A stretch of 62,933 bases of DNA, counting the filler, from Globobulimina sp. (Eukaryota): the NCBI GenBank assembly GCA_003354225.1. It is 28 parts of 28 records of this genome, joined end to end, with 100 filler letters (N's around TTAATTAATTAA, not from the genome) between each part and the next. Parts side by side here need not be neighbours in the genome. Positions count along the whole stretch, not along the records: positions 11,264 to 13,415 come from PIVH01008599.1; positions 13,516 to 15,667 come from PIVH01008600.1; positions 15,768 to 17,919 come from PIVH01008601.1; positions 18,020 to 20,171 come from PIVH01008602.1; positions 20,272 to 22,423 come from PIVH01008603.1; positions 22,524 to 24,675 come from PIVH01008604.1; 22 more parts are not named here. One strand, given 5' to 3'. Below the pieces are notes generated by a model. It had not been told where the DNA came from and made no database searches. It saw only the letters and a list, made by a program, of their open reading frames with translations. A program made the position numbers and the translations under genes. Of the stretch, positions 11,453 to 23,011 are shown one piece after another (within the stretch, counting starts at the first letter, position 1; each line of letters opens with the position of its first letter).

Positions 11453-13415
11453 ATGCAAGCCTCAGAAGAGAAAATCAAAGAAGATATCACCGTATTACCA
11501 ATATCTTTTGGCAATCCATCCAACGAAATCATCCACGGTCAATTACATCTATCCCAAAACAAAGAGGTATTATAAACTCCACAGAAACAAAGCCGATAAG
11601 CCACAAACCTGAAAACAAAAACAAAAAACAAGCACGCGAACAAAACAGTGGCAATGATTGGGATTCCCACCGAGATCGACCTCAAAGAAATATTCGCATT
11701 CCTTCAAAAGTCAAACTCGTCGCTAAAAATGAGTCACATGAAAATACTGAGCCAAGAAAGCTCGCAAAACAACGCCGTCGCTGATCCCTCCGAGTCTTAT
11801 TACTGTGCATTGTGCTCCTTCTCAACCACCACAGTTCAGTCCCAAATACAATCTATAGCTGCACCCAAAACGTAACACATTACAGCATATTCACCCAACA
11901 ATAACAGCACTCGGACATATTCATCAAACACCTCAACGGACAGTATTTCAATGCAGAACTGGCGCCAAACAAATGCTGCCTATACTACCTCGTAAACAGT
12001 ATCATAATCATCCACAAAGCGGAGGACCAATACAAAGAAATGCATTTCCCGCCGACCCGCATCACCGCAGCACATCTCATCAAACAAAATTCGAATCCAC
12101 TGAGCGCCAACTCATCAAACCACGACGAAGAGGACGCAAATTGTGCCTTTTGCTTCGATTCTGTGCAGCCACCATTCACAGCTTCGAGTTCGCCCAAAAC
12201 CAAAAAAAAGAACATTCACTGCGGCCACAACCCCTTCAAACTGCTGCCGTCGACGTCCGGCTCCTATCTAGAAAATGACGAATCTGCAACCCCTTCATTG
12301 TCCAGCTCGCCGCCGCCAAAAATGCTGGCAATGGCAAGCATAGCGGCGGACGACAAGTGGTACGACAATGACGCGACTGTTTGCTTTGTGCTTTGCGGGC
12401 ACTTCTTTCATGTGATGTGCTTAATGCGCTGTGAGCAGAACTCGTGCCCCATTTGCAGGCATTATCTGTTTCCGGAATCCAGCTCGATTTGCAATTCGTG
12501 CAAGCTGTGCACCAAAGATTTGTGGGTCTGCCTAACCTGCGGCCATTTGGGCTGCGGCCGCTTCAGTAATCAGTGCGCGTTGACCCATTACAAGAACAGC
12601 AGCCATGTCTGGGCCAAGTGTCTGACTACGAGCCATGTCTGGGACTATGCCGACGACGACTACGTGTATCGCATACTGATGGCCGTGGATGGAAAGTTGG
12701 TCAGTTTGCAGACTGCCAATGATGGCATCGATGGGAGCAGCAAGCATTTGCCGCAGGAATTGGATGTAATGAGCAGTGTGAAACAGGAGGAGTTTATCTA
12801 CGAATATAATTTCGAAGCGCAGCATCGGTTGAAGCGGCTGCAGAGTTTCCATAAAAGCAAAGAACATCGCAAGGTCAAGCACGGCCAACGTGAGCTGAAT
12901 AAGTTGGACATGGAAAGGAAGCGCATTGCACAGCAAATCGAAGCGAAGAAGAGAAGTAATATGAAATTGTTGAGCAAGTATACGGAGCGGTACCTGGCGG
13001 AGAAGGAGAAGGAGAAGAAAGAGGAGTTTGTGGATGATCTGGAATATCTACGCCAGCAATTGGAGCAGGAACGACATCGCAACGAGGCGTTGAAGAGAAT
13101 GATTCATAGAGCTTTTGTGGAGCAGAAAACAGGAAAGGAAAAGTTGAAGGAGTACGGGAATAGCCTGGAAAAGGCGTTGGGTGTCACGGAGAGTGCGCTG
13201 AATGGCGAGATCAATGCATTGAAAAACGAGTGGCGAGATTATAGGGCACATATTGACACTTCGCGGAAGATGGAGAAAGCTGCGAGTCGGCAAGAGTTGG
13301 ATGGTGCGAGTATTGAGGTGAAACCTGGGAAAAGCAAAAATAAACAAAAACGGCAATTGAAAAATAGGGCGCATTCGAATAAAAAAACTAAGAAACGCAG
13401 GAAAAGTAGCAAATG
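11453..13415 (+). CDS. BRAP: BRCA1-associated protein BRAP2/IMP/Etp1 E3 ligase (BRAP2, RING-H2, ZnF-UBP, coiled coil)
   Basis: Exons 11453-11566, 11633-11833 and 11908-end splice in frame. Motifs SFGNP..GQLHL, FIKHLNGQYFN, CGHFFH..CPICR, LWVCLTCGHLGCGR, HVWDYADDDYV. Confidence 0.9.
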
Positions 13416-14053
13416 NNNNNNNNNNNNNNNNNNNNNNNNNNNNNNNNNNNNNNNNNNNNTTAATTAATTAANNNNNNNNNNNNNNNNNNNNNNNNNNNNN
13501 NNNNNNNNNNNNNNNATGTGTAATAATTATGGTTTTTTTGTATTGCAATTGTAATTGTTTTTTTTTTTGGATTTGTGGTGTTTATTTAAGTTCATTTTTA
13601 TATAAAATTTTGTTTGTGTTTTTAGTGAAGTTGTTAGAAGTTACTGTAGTCCTAATACCAGCTTGAGACATTCTTTGCTGCAACAAAAATCTATTCATCA
13701 ACATAATTTGGCAAAATATGGTCGACGGTTTAGTCATGTGCCGTATCTTGAGGTCACTCACCATCGAAAAAGAAAAAAATGGCTGTTCATAGTGAGAATG
13801 AGGAGAATATCGCCAATGCTTTCAAATGCCGACAATGCTCGCAAATGCCGCCAATGTCAGAAGAGGAAAAACGACAGATGCAGCAGCAGGCTCAAATGGC
13901 AAGACTAAAAAGTCAAATTTCAGAAAATATTAACCGATGTCACCGCAGCGAATGTTAACTTCTCTCACGAGACAAATCAAATGAAAACAACCATGGCAAT
14001 TTTGCAGGAAAAAATTATTTCAATTGAAAGTGTATCGAAGCGACGTATAATTC

Positions 14054-15557
14054 AAGACTAACTAAGTTCGGAGGTTAAACATTCGAAAGCATGTCACTTT
14101 TTCAGTCACTTCTAGCCGAGGTTGGATTTTTAAACTACGATAGCGGTTTACATACGAAACATCTATGTAACATATGCATATCCTATCTTGGTTTAAAAGC
14201 AATCTCAAAAACAACATAAAATAGTATATATAGTCATTGGACGTCGTTTGTAGCATATTGGAATGGGTAAAAACTGGAATTTAATTTATTACATTTTACT
14301 ATCAGTTATTTTATCCCTCATTGTCCACGCTATTTACCTTTGGTTTATTCGTATTGTCGCATAATTTTTCAATCCATCACGTTCTACATTATTGTGGCAA
14401 ATTATATGACATCAAATTATTAGAAACGAATTTGTCGCCCATTTATACCGCCATTCAAAACACACATATTTTATTTCCAATGCGTCGTTGGATCGCATCA
14501 TATTTATGTAAATAGCGAGGAAGATAACGATATTTGGATTACCTATCCCTTTATGTGCGAATCGCCTTTTTTTATACGCCGCTTTTATTTGAAATGTTGT
14601 ACTTTGTTGGCCAATCAGGCAAATCGTGCCAATTAATCCCATCATGAAGGATAGGATCGGTAATATCAAATATATTATATTTATTTGCCATATTTTATGC
14701 GTATTTATTTCAGATATCTCATAACCAAAAAGATTTAGCACATTTCCATTATGAACAAGCAGAGACGAGGCGATGAGGATATTATTAATAATCAATTGAA
14801 TCTGCGGTGACATATATATATAATGCCAATGGGACATATGGCTATTTTTACGATGGTTTTTGGTGGCATTAATGCTCAGATTGAGCACCATATCGCACCC
14901 TACATTTATCCCGTTTATTATGCTTTGGCTGCACGGCAAATTCAAGAAATTTCTAAAAAACATGGAATTCGATATATTATGAAGTGGTTGTCGATTATCA
15001 TACCTTTCTACATCGATTTGCTCAGAATGTCCGTATTAATTTGTTGATGTTCCATTATCGCCATATCGTGTGTTTGCGGCACCACTTTGCATAAAACCTC
15101 ACCCATTGAGGCATACAACAGTTCATTGTGATGATAGCTTAAGGAAAGCAAATATTTAAAGACGATTTGGGTTCCAATCCCAATCATCACATTTTATTAT
15201 TTTTGTTATTTAATTTCTGTTTTTTGTTTGTGTTTCTGTTGTATATGTTTGTATACTTTGTAATTTTATATAAAAAAAAACATATATATATTCCACAAAT
15301 ATCAAACAAAAAATTATAACATGTAATTTCTGATGCTATATTATCACTATTATGGATTCCCTATGCTTTTTATGGGTGTTTACGAGTATAATAATTTTAT
15401 GCAAGAGGTGATTTTGTAATGAATTTTTGGATATGTATATCTTGCTAGATGTTCCAAAGGGACGCGAATCACTTTTTAGAACGCTTGCAGCTAAAGCCAT
15501 TCGGTAGTAAACAAAGAGGCTTTTTCGAATGTTTAACCTCCGAACTTAGTTAGTCTT
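14054..15557. mobile_element. 1.5-kb element bounded by a perfect 35-bp inverted repeat
   Basis: AAGACTAACTAAGTTCGGAGGTTAAACATTCGAAA at 14054-14088, exact reverse complement at 15523-15557. No transposase and no clear TSD. Confidence 0.65.
14321..15047 (+). pseudogene. Fragmented front-end fatty-acid desaturase C-terminus
   Basis: 'LFVLSHNF', a frameshifted 'IESAVTY', and 'FGGINAQIEHHIAP...QEISKKHGIRY' (QIEHH third His box). In-frame TGA at 14808. Confidence 0.65.
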
Positions 15558-15803
15558 TCTCTAATTAAGGTTTTTGAAATTTATATAAACATTCGAGCAA
15601 AGCAAACTATCTTCGGCAAGCAAATTTTGTGCAGGAAATTAGCTTAACATTACAGCACAATTATAATNNNNNNNNNNNNNNNNNNNNNNNNNNNNNNNNN
15701 NNNNNNNNNNNTTAATTAATTAANNNNNNNNNNNNNNNNNNNNNNNNNNNNNNNNNNNNNNNNNNNNTTTTAATACCTACTTGTTAACTGCTGAGTTGAT
15801 ATA

Positions 15804-16479
15804 ATGTTTTGGTTAATATTTTTATTTTATGTGGGTTATAGTCGACCATTAGTAACACAATGTAATGTCATCCCGGCTGGTTCAAATATGACAAATGCAA
15901 ATGGTGACAATCATATTTTTATTCAACCAATGGTTACAGGTATACGTATACGAAACTATACATATATAATATATGATATACAGTATATATATAATTTATA
16001 TATAAAAATAAATCGATAACCAAGATAAATGTGAGGTGCATACCAATGAAGAAGGAGATGGCACATTTCATACAGATTCGCACCAATTTTCGTGTAATGG
16101 TGCAACTGCTGCAATGTTAACATATGGCCATAATGTTGCCGATTGTTCCGGACCACTCCAAACCCACAAAATCACATTAAATGGTAGCTGTTTCACAATG
16201 GGATGTTTAGGTTATAATAATTATTTGTATGATACTGCAGATTGTACAGGTCCACTCCAACAAAATTTCACAAATGAATATATATATTGGTCACCGGATG
16301 TATGTCAATATAATGCCACGCAAACCTGTGTCAATGGGCAACCACAGACATCATTTTATAATAATTCGGCATGTAGCGGCACGGCACAAGGCGTCAGTAT
16401 TGCGGGGCAATGTGTTCGTCATGGTAATAAACGTTCTGTTTATCTTAATGCCACCGACAATCCATGTGCTTCATGGTAA
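15804..16479 (+). CDS. Secreted Cys-rich protein (probably 2 exons)
   Basis: Signal-like MFWLIFLFYVGYS; AT-rich intron at ~15940-16035; repeats Y.xADCxGP and YNNSACSG. Confidence 0.6.
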
Positions 16480-16765
16480 ATAATAATTGTTTCCTATTAA
16501 TTTTTTATTATAAATATTAGTTAAATTATAAATAATTCTCGTCTAGAGATTTTAAATTCTCGTCTTCACCATCTCCCAACAAAACGACTTGCGAATTTGC
16601 GGATTTTAAAAACGTTCAAACACGCGGCTTTCAAAAGGTATACAAAAATAATTCTCGTCTCAGATTTCGTACCCAAAAACATTTTACGGACCACAGCACA
16701 TTAAAATCATTTATGAAAATGTCAGTGAAACAAGCCAGCGAGAAGATACATGTACAAAAAAATAC

Positions 16766-17824
16766 ATGTTCCTTCAAACTACTAAGACTAAAATGAAAAT
16801 ACTGCTAATGGGTCCCTGTGCAGCTGGAAAAACATCCATTAAAAGTGTACTTTTTGATCACGTATCTCCAAGAAACTGCGCAAGTTTAGCACCAACAATA
16901 AAAATCGCTGCTTCATCTGTGCACTTATTTGGCGGTAATTTAACACTCAACATCTGGGATTGTGGTGGATGTGATACATTTCTAAAAAGTTATTTTAGGG
17001 ACGCATCGCAAATTGTTTTTAGTAATGTTGCTTTATTAGTTTATGTATTCGATATTCGTAAATTAAATAAACACAATTATGCAAATTTTAGTAATACACT
17101 GGCATGTTCAACTAAATATTCACCTGATGCAGAAATCCATTGTTTATCGCATAAAATGGACACAATTGATATTAACGATGGGTATAAAATATTAAGTACC
17201 CATCACATTGCATTAAATAGTATAACAAAGACATATGGAGCAACGTTAACGTTTAAACATTTTTTTACGTCACTATGGGATGAAAGTTTACATTTTTGGG
17301 CTTCACAGATGCTGCATCCATTTATCTTTAATCCATTGACAGAACGGATATTCAGTGACAAATTGTATACACTGTGCGACAAATCTCTTGTCCATGAAAT
17401 TGCGCTGTTTGAATCTAGTATTTATGCGTCATTCATACATGTAATTTTAGATAAGTTTTGTCATTGTAAATGTATTTTAGATGGATTAAGAATGCACAAA
17501 ATTTCAACAATCATTAAACGATTTGATGCGAAATGCAAAGTTGTTGGAAGATTCAGTTCAATCAACATATCAAATGGGAAATTTAGTATTTATGTTGAGA
17601 GATTTACAGAGCACGTTTATGTATTGTTTGTTATTTCAGATGGATTGATTGAAAGTGAAGCTGTGAGAATAAATTTAAATCAAAGCATAAAACAATTGAA
17701 GGAATTGCTACATATTTGCGTTACAGGAATTGTTACAAAAACAATGCTGTACAGCATTGTCAATCATTGGATGAGAACGCTTGTTTGTTATATTCAGACG
17801 CTGGGAGAAACTGAGTTGGACTAA
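16766..17824 (+). CDS. GTR1: RagA/Gtr1-like GTPase, divergent paralog
   Basis: KILLMGPCAAGKTSIKSVLF, LNIWDCGG, HKMD, FTSLWDESL and a roadblock C-terminus 'HKISTIIKRF'. Confidence 0.85.
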   Translation: MFLQTTKTKMKILLMGPCAAGKTSIKSVLFDHVSPRNCASLAPTIKIAASSVHLFGGNLTLNIWDCGGCDTFLKSYFRDASQIVFSNVALLVYVFDIRKLNKHNYANFSNTLACSTKYSPDAEIHCLSHKMDTIDINDGYKILSTHHIALNSITKTYGATLTFKHFFTSLWDESLHFWASQMLHPFIFNPLTERIFSDKLYTLCDKSLVHEIALFESSIYASFIHVILDKFCHCKCILDGLRMHKISTIIKRFDAKCKVVGRFSSINISNGKFSIYVERFTEHVYVLFVISDGLIESEAVRINLNQSIKQLKELLHICVTGIVTKTMLYSIVNHWMRTLVCYIQTLGETELD

Positions 17825-17919
17825 TTCAGGTTATCTACGTATTACGAAATTCTGCCTTAGTGTGTTTCTAATTATACATTGGATTGCTTGTGCCTGGTTT
17901 CTTTTGTGGTATTTGTTGA
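17781..17919 (+). pseudogene. Fragment of CNG/KCNH-type channel S4-S5 region
   Basis: 'FRRWEKLSWTNSGYLRITKFCLSVFLIIHWIACAWF' carries the HWxAC S5 motif and overlaps the Rag ORF end in another frame. Confidence 0.55.
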
Positions 17920-18019
17920 NNNNNNNNNNNNNNNNNNNNNNNNNNNNNNNNNNNNNNNNNNNNTTAATTAATTAANNNNNNNNNNNNNNNNNNNNNNNNN
18001 NNNNNNNNNNNNNNNNNNN

Positions 18020-18978
18020 GCACCCAGTACGATCCACACCATCATAAGTGTCGCGAGGATACGTTGGATGCCGACGACTCATTAAATATCCCCGAGTTTG
18101 AGCCGGATGAGGAGCATTCGCATAGTTCATCGGGCGGTGCCTCCATCTTTAGCAACCATACCACGCACACTCACCACAGCCATCATAGTTACAAAGCGTT
18201 TGTGGAATTAAATCACCTATCGGATGACGAGGAGGTCGCAAATCAAAGTTGAATTTATCTGTTTTTTGTGTTGTTAGCGTGCGCGTAACGTGCTTTTTGC
18301 AATTAAGGTGGTATGTCGTTAGCGGAGAGTCATTTGCATATTAATGTGGGTATTAAACCAAAGGATTCCGCAGCCACCACAGCCACAGCCAAGGCAAAGG
18401 ATGCTGATTATGCAGCGGTTGCAGTCGCGGATGATGATGATTTGAATGTTGATCATACGTCGTCAACACACGAAGAGCCGCAGAATTTGGAGGGTATTAC
18501 AAAGAAATTGGAAGAGTTCTCGATTGTCGATCCATCGCGTAATATCGAAGAGTGTCTAAGTCAAATGAATCTCGATGATGACTATACGTTGGTGTATCAT
18601 TTTGAGGGACCGTTGTTTTTCGGAAATTGTCGTAATTTGTTGGATTATTTTACGCCAGAAATGGACCCGGATGTGATAGAAATACATTTGCGCGATTCGT
18701 ATATTTATGATTTTTCAGCAATGAATGCGTTGAATGCGATTGGTGAAGAATATAAAACCTTGGGTAAAAAAGTGCATTTAAAGCATATTAATATGAAATC
18801 GCACAGATTAATAACCAAAGCACACTCTTTGGTGAAATATTTTACCTACGAACATGAGGACATATCTGCTAATACTTCGCGATCGAATGACGATGCCTCG
18901 AAACTAAAAACAAAGTCTTTGATTCAACTTACGACTCCGAAACAATTCAGATTCGGAAAGAGTAAACGTTTTGTTTGA
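18020..18978 (+). CDS. SulP/SLC26 anion transporter C-terminus with STAS domain, 5'-partial
   Basis: 'YHFEGPLFFG...DPDVIEIHLRDSYIYDFSAMNALNAI...GKKVHLKHIN'; in-frame intron 18248-18307. Confidence 0.8.
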
Positions 18979-19145
18979 ACACTGTTTAATTTTATATTTA
19001 TTATCAGCTCATCCCATTAATTCTACACACTGTGGTTGTTAAGTGCGGGCTGTTTAGTTTTATGCTATATAATTTATACATTATTGTTACTTTTTTTTCC
19101 TTTTTGTTGGTTTAATTTGTTTAATTTCTTACTAATATGATGACT

Positions 19146-19243
19146 GATCACTTGAAACAAAGTGTCGGGATCGACGATTTGTACACATGTTTATGTTGCC
19201 AAATGTCAAATCGTCGATCCCCTACACTTTGTTTGAAGTGATC
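19146..19243. repeat. ~98-bp imperfect palindrome (MITE-like)
   Basis: GATCACTTGAAACAAAGTGTCGGGATCGACGATTTG pairs with CAAATCGTCGATCCCCTACACTTTGTTTGAAGTGATC. Confidence 0.85.
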
Positions 19244-19659
19244 TTGTCTCCTAATATTTTAATAAAATTACATTAAAAGAGTTATTGCTCTTCGATCTCA
19301 TTATACTTTTGAACGTGCGCTGTGTCTATCATCTGATTGATTTCTTAGTGTTTTGAAGAAGAAGCTATAATTTTGACCACTGCAGTCTACAGTAGAGCTT
19401 TTACTAACGCACTATTTCCTGTGTGCACAACGTGGGTTTGAAATAACTTAGGTTTTTCCCAAAAAGAAAATAATTGTCTGCAACTGAACGTTACAATCGA
19501 CCATTTCACAGGAAGCAAAAAGTCAATTGATGAATGTCGGGGTGAATGTAGGTGTGAATGAATATAATGTGCATAGCGTTCCAATCAACAACAGATCATT
19601 CCAATGGACTTTAGCACCGTCTTTCCAATCAACGCCAGATTTATATAAACAAACTAGAG

Positions 19660-20152
19660 ATGAAGCACGTAATAGTATATCGCGTCTGTCATCAATTTAT
19701 CGCAGATAAATCAAGTAATTCAAGAAACAGTTTACCGGCATTAACTCAATCGACTTCGTCTTCATCTACATCCGGCGATGCCTCAATGTATAAAACATGT
19801 ATAGCCGATAAAGTAAAGATAACTGCAATAAATAAGAAAACACAAGAAAAGTTAGTCGAAGCAAAAGGCATTGTAATGTATATTGGATATCCATATATTG
19901 GTCGCGGTATACGATATGGCATCAATTTAGAAAAAGCAATTGGTGAAAATGAAAACTGGTAAATTAGACAAAAAGTCGCACATTAAAAAATATAAAAAAC
20001 GTATTAAAAAAAGGACTTTTTTTAAAGCAAAAACAGATCATGGAATATTTGTAAAAAAAGATGAAATTATTTATATTGACAGATTCTCTGCAAATACGAG
20101 GTTTGCAATCAATGATGATGTCGAGGTATGTACTATGCCGCTAATTAGCTAA
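19660..20152 (+). pseudogene. CAP-Gly domain gene with frameshift
   Basis: 'GIVMYIGYPYIGRGIRYGINLEKAIGEN' continues in another frame as 'FFKAKTDHGIFVKK'; the shift is at ~19951-19956. Confidence 0.65.
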
Positions 20153-20271
20153 TTACATAATATGTAATAAANNNNNNNNNNNNNNNNNNNNNNNNNNNNN
20201 NNNNNNNNNNNNNNNTTAATTAATTAANNNNNNNNNNNNNNNNNNNNNNNNNNNNNNNNNNNNNNNNNNNN

Positions 20272-20986
20272 CTGCAAAAAAATCGCCAAAGCCCAAATCC
20301 GGAGCATGCGTCGTAACATTGGCAGCATTTGCTACATTATTCTGCGACTCCGGCGCCATAAATGTCATTTCATCCATACTTAATAAGTCCTGTATTGGTG
20401 CCTGGCTTGGAACGTTACTAATATTTGGTGACTGTGTCAGTGCTCGTTGTGGTTGCGTTTGTGCTGGTTTTTGTGGCTTAGATTTGGGAGAAGGTATTTT
20501 CTGAGACTTGCACTTTGGTGAAACTCGCGAGGAATCTTCGCGCGACACAGAGGAACTATATCTTCTTTTGTGTTTTTTCGATTTTTTCGATTTTTTCTCA
20601 GTTAAACGGTACCATTTCTTCTCGACATATTTCTGTTTAATGAACTTTTTTAACTGAGATTTGGATGTTTCTGGGTCAGGTTTTAATATTTTCGGTAATT
20701 TTGCTTCATAAATGCTGTTCACTTGAATGTTGCCGCCGTGTTTTTTAAATTTTTCTAAGGTGTTGTAATTCCAATCATCGATGGTGGCCGATTGAACGAA
20801 GGAGATATGAGTGCCGAGGCCGCGATGGATGCCGGAACATGTGATACAAATAAATACGCCAATTTTTTGGGAGGTCCAGGTTGGAACTTTTCTACCACAA
20901 TCTGCACATTTTCGGTTGCCTTCTTGACGCAGCATTTCACGCAACTCCTCTTTGCATTTTCGAATTTCGCGTTGTTTAGTTGACAT
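20272..20986 (-). CDS. ArfGAP (SMAP-like), 3'-partial
   Basis: CADC-x16[20 protein letters not shown], [14 protein letters not shown]. Confidence 0.92.
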
Positions 20987-21120
20987 ATGATTGGATGCGT
21001 ATACTTAGTGTATGGTGAAAGAAGACCAACGTGTAAAAATGATCGATACGACGCACAGATGGTGATTGTACTCAGGTTTTTGAGTAAATTATTTAATATA
21101 TTGTATCTTTAAAAGTAACT

Positions 21121-22423
21121 ATGTCTGAATCTGTTGTCAGTTTAATCAACCAATTGCTGGAAACATTTAATAATTTGTCCATAAAGAAGCAGACAAAGAA
21201 GAAAGCAAAACATCATAAACTAGTAAAAATACTGATCAATGGTTACATACATGCTGTTGCAAAATATGAGCCATCACAAATAAAACACCTCAAAGTATTG
21301 TCTGAAATACTATTGAATGCGACAATACATATTGACAAACAATTAAACGTGACCAATAAAGGAGGGATCCTTTGCATAAAGAGTGCAAATAAAGTAATTA
21401 TTACTGATACTGGTGTCATCAATGCAAATGGTGTTGGTAGGTATGTGGATTCTGAATTTTTCAGCCGAGATGGCGGCATAATTGAACTGAGTGCACACAC
21501 CATAATAAATAACGGACAAATAAGCTGTGATGGAAGATGGGGCGGTTCCGGCGGAATCATTAAAATCCGTTGTCATACATTTATAAACAAAGGTGTTATT
21601 AAAGCAAAAGCCGGAATTGCATGGCGTTTTGGAGATGATCCCGGAATATATGGCACAATACAGATTCAATGCGCAGAGTACAAAAATGAGTCAACTATTT
21701 ATCCCTTACCAGACATCATAAATATGGCATACAATAAAAATGATAATGTTGGTAATAAACTGCATATATTTTCAGATATTTGGAGCGAAGATGAAAAAGA
21801 TGATTTCATCGTTGACCAAACTAATTTTTATCATATTTTCTATAACGAACACAACCCACTTTTAGGAATACATCAATATGAAATTACCGGCAGTTTGATG
21901 CTTAATTCTGATGTACAAATATCGCAATGGGACAAAGAGAAACGAAGTCATGGTGGAATATTGCAAATATACGTCCCGCAGACATTGACTATAGCAAAAC
22001 ACGCAGAGATCAATGCGGGTTATTCTGGATATTTTGGTGTGTATGGAATGAGTGTCGGAGAAAAGATTGGTGAGTTCCATGGTGGGGCTGGATATGGAAC
22101 AGAAGGGGAAGGCAACTCAGATGGAATTGGTGGAGGTGGAACTTATGGGGATAAGCAACTCACAAAATTATATTTGGGATCGGGAAGTAGTTACAATGAC
22201 TATCGAGGAGGCGGTATAATTGAGCTGATTGCTGCCACAGTGATCAATAATGGCTGTTTGATGTGTAACGGTGAGTATGGCTGTTCTGGCGGGAGTATTA
22301 AAATAAGATGTAAGCTATTTAGAAATAGGGGTATCATTTATGCCAAGAGTAGAGGTGGCAGCAAGAAAAGAAATATCGGCTCGGGTGGGTCAGGCAGGAT
22401 AGCCATATTCTGTGAAGAGTTTG
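21121..22423 (+). CDS. Gly-rich repeat protein (GGIIEL..NNG.I.C.G..GGSGG.IKI modules x2), 3'-partial
   Basis: Two homologous beta-repeat modules; N-terminal 'ILINGYIH' leader motif. Confidence 0.7.
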
Positions 22424-23011
22424 NNNNNNNNNNNNNNNNNNNNNNNNNNNNNNNNNNNNNNNNNNNNTTAATTAATTAANNNNNNNNNNNNNNNNNNNNN
22501 NNNNNNNNNNNNNNNNNNNNNNNTATTGCCCAATACGTGACTCACAGAGCTCACAAGATAGCTCTGCCAAATGTTATGATCGAAGAATATTCTTCAAAAG
22601 TTGGTAAAATTATATCAGAATTAAGGGATTTATGGCAATCCATTTTGATGAGTAATTGCGTAAATAATTATAATATAAACGCAAACACTGAGTATGTGAC
22701 AAAACAATGGTTTATAGAGAATTTCCAACAATATATGGAGCAAATTAATTAATTTTCTGATATGTAACTTTATTTGTGATATGTGTACGTGTTGTATTGT
22801 GATCTTATTTTAAACTCTGTAGCTTTAGAAATCATCTCGAATCACCTGTTAATTTATTGTTTGATTTCATTTAATTTTTCCATTTATTTTTCCGTTGATT
22901 TTCTTCTGAAATTGTATACATTGTCCTTGCACTAGCACTGCATGTAAATCTCCGCAGGATTTCTAAAGTAGCTTGCATTCGTATAATTTTATGAAAAATA
23001 TATATGTTTTT

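Noticed and set aside
16534-16665. Three copies of AATTCTCGTCT upstream of the Rag gene
   Set aside because: Short, with no defined element boundaries or function.
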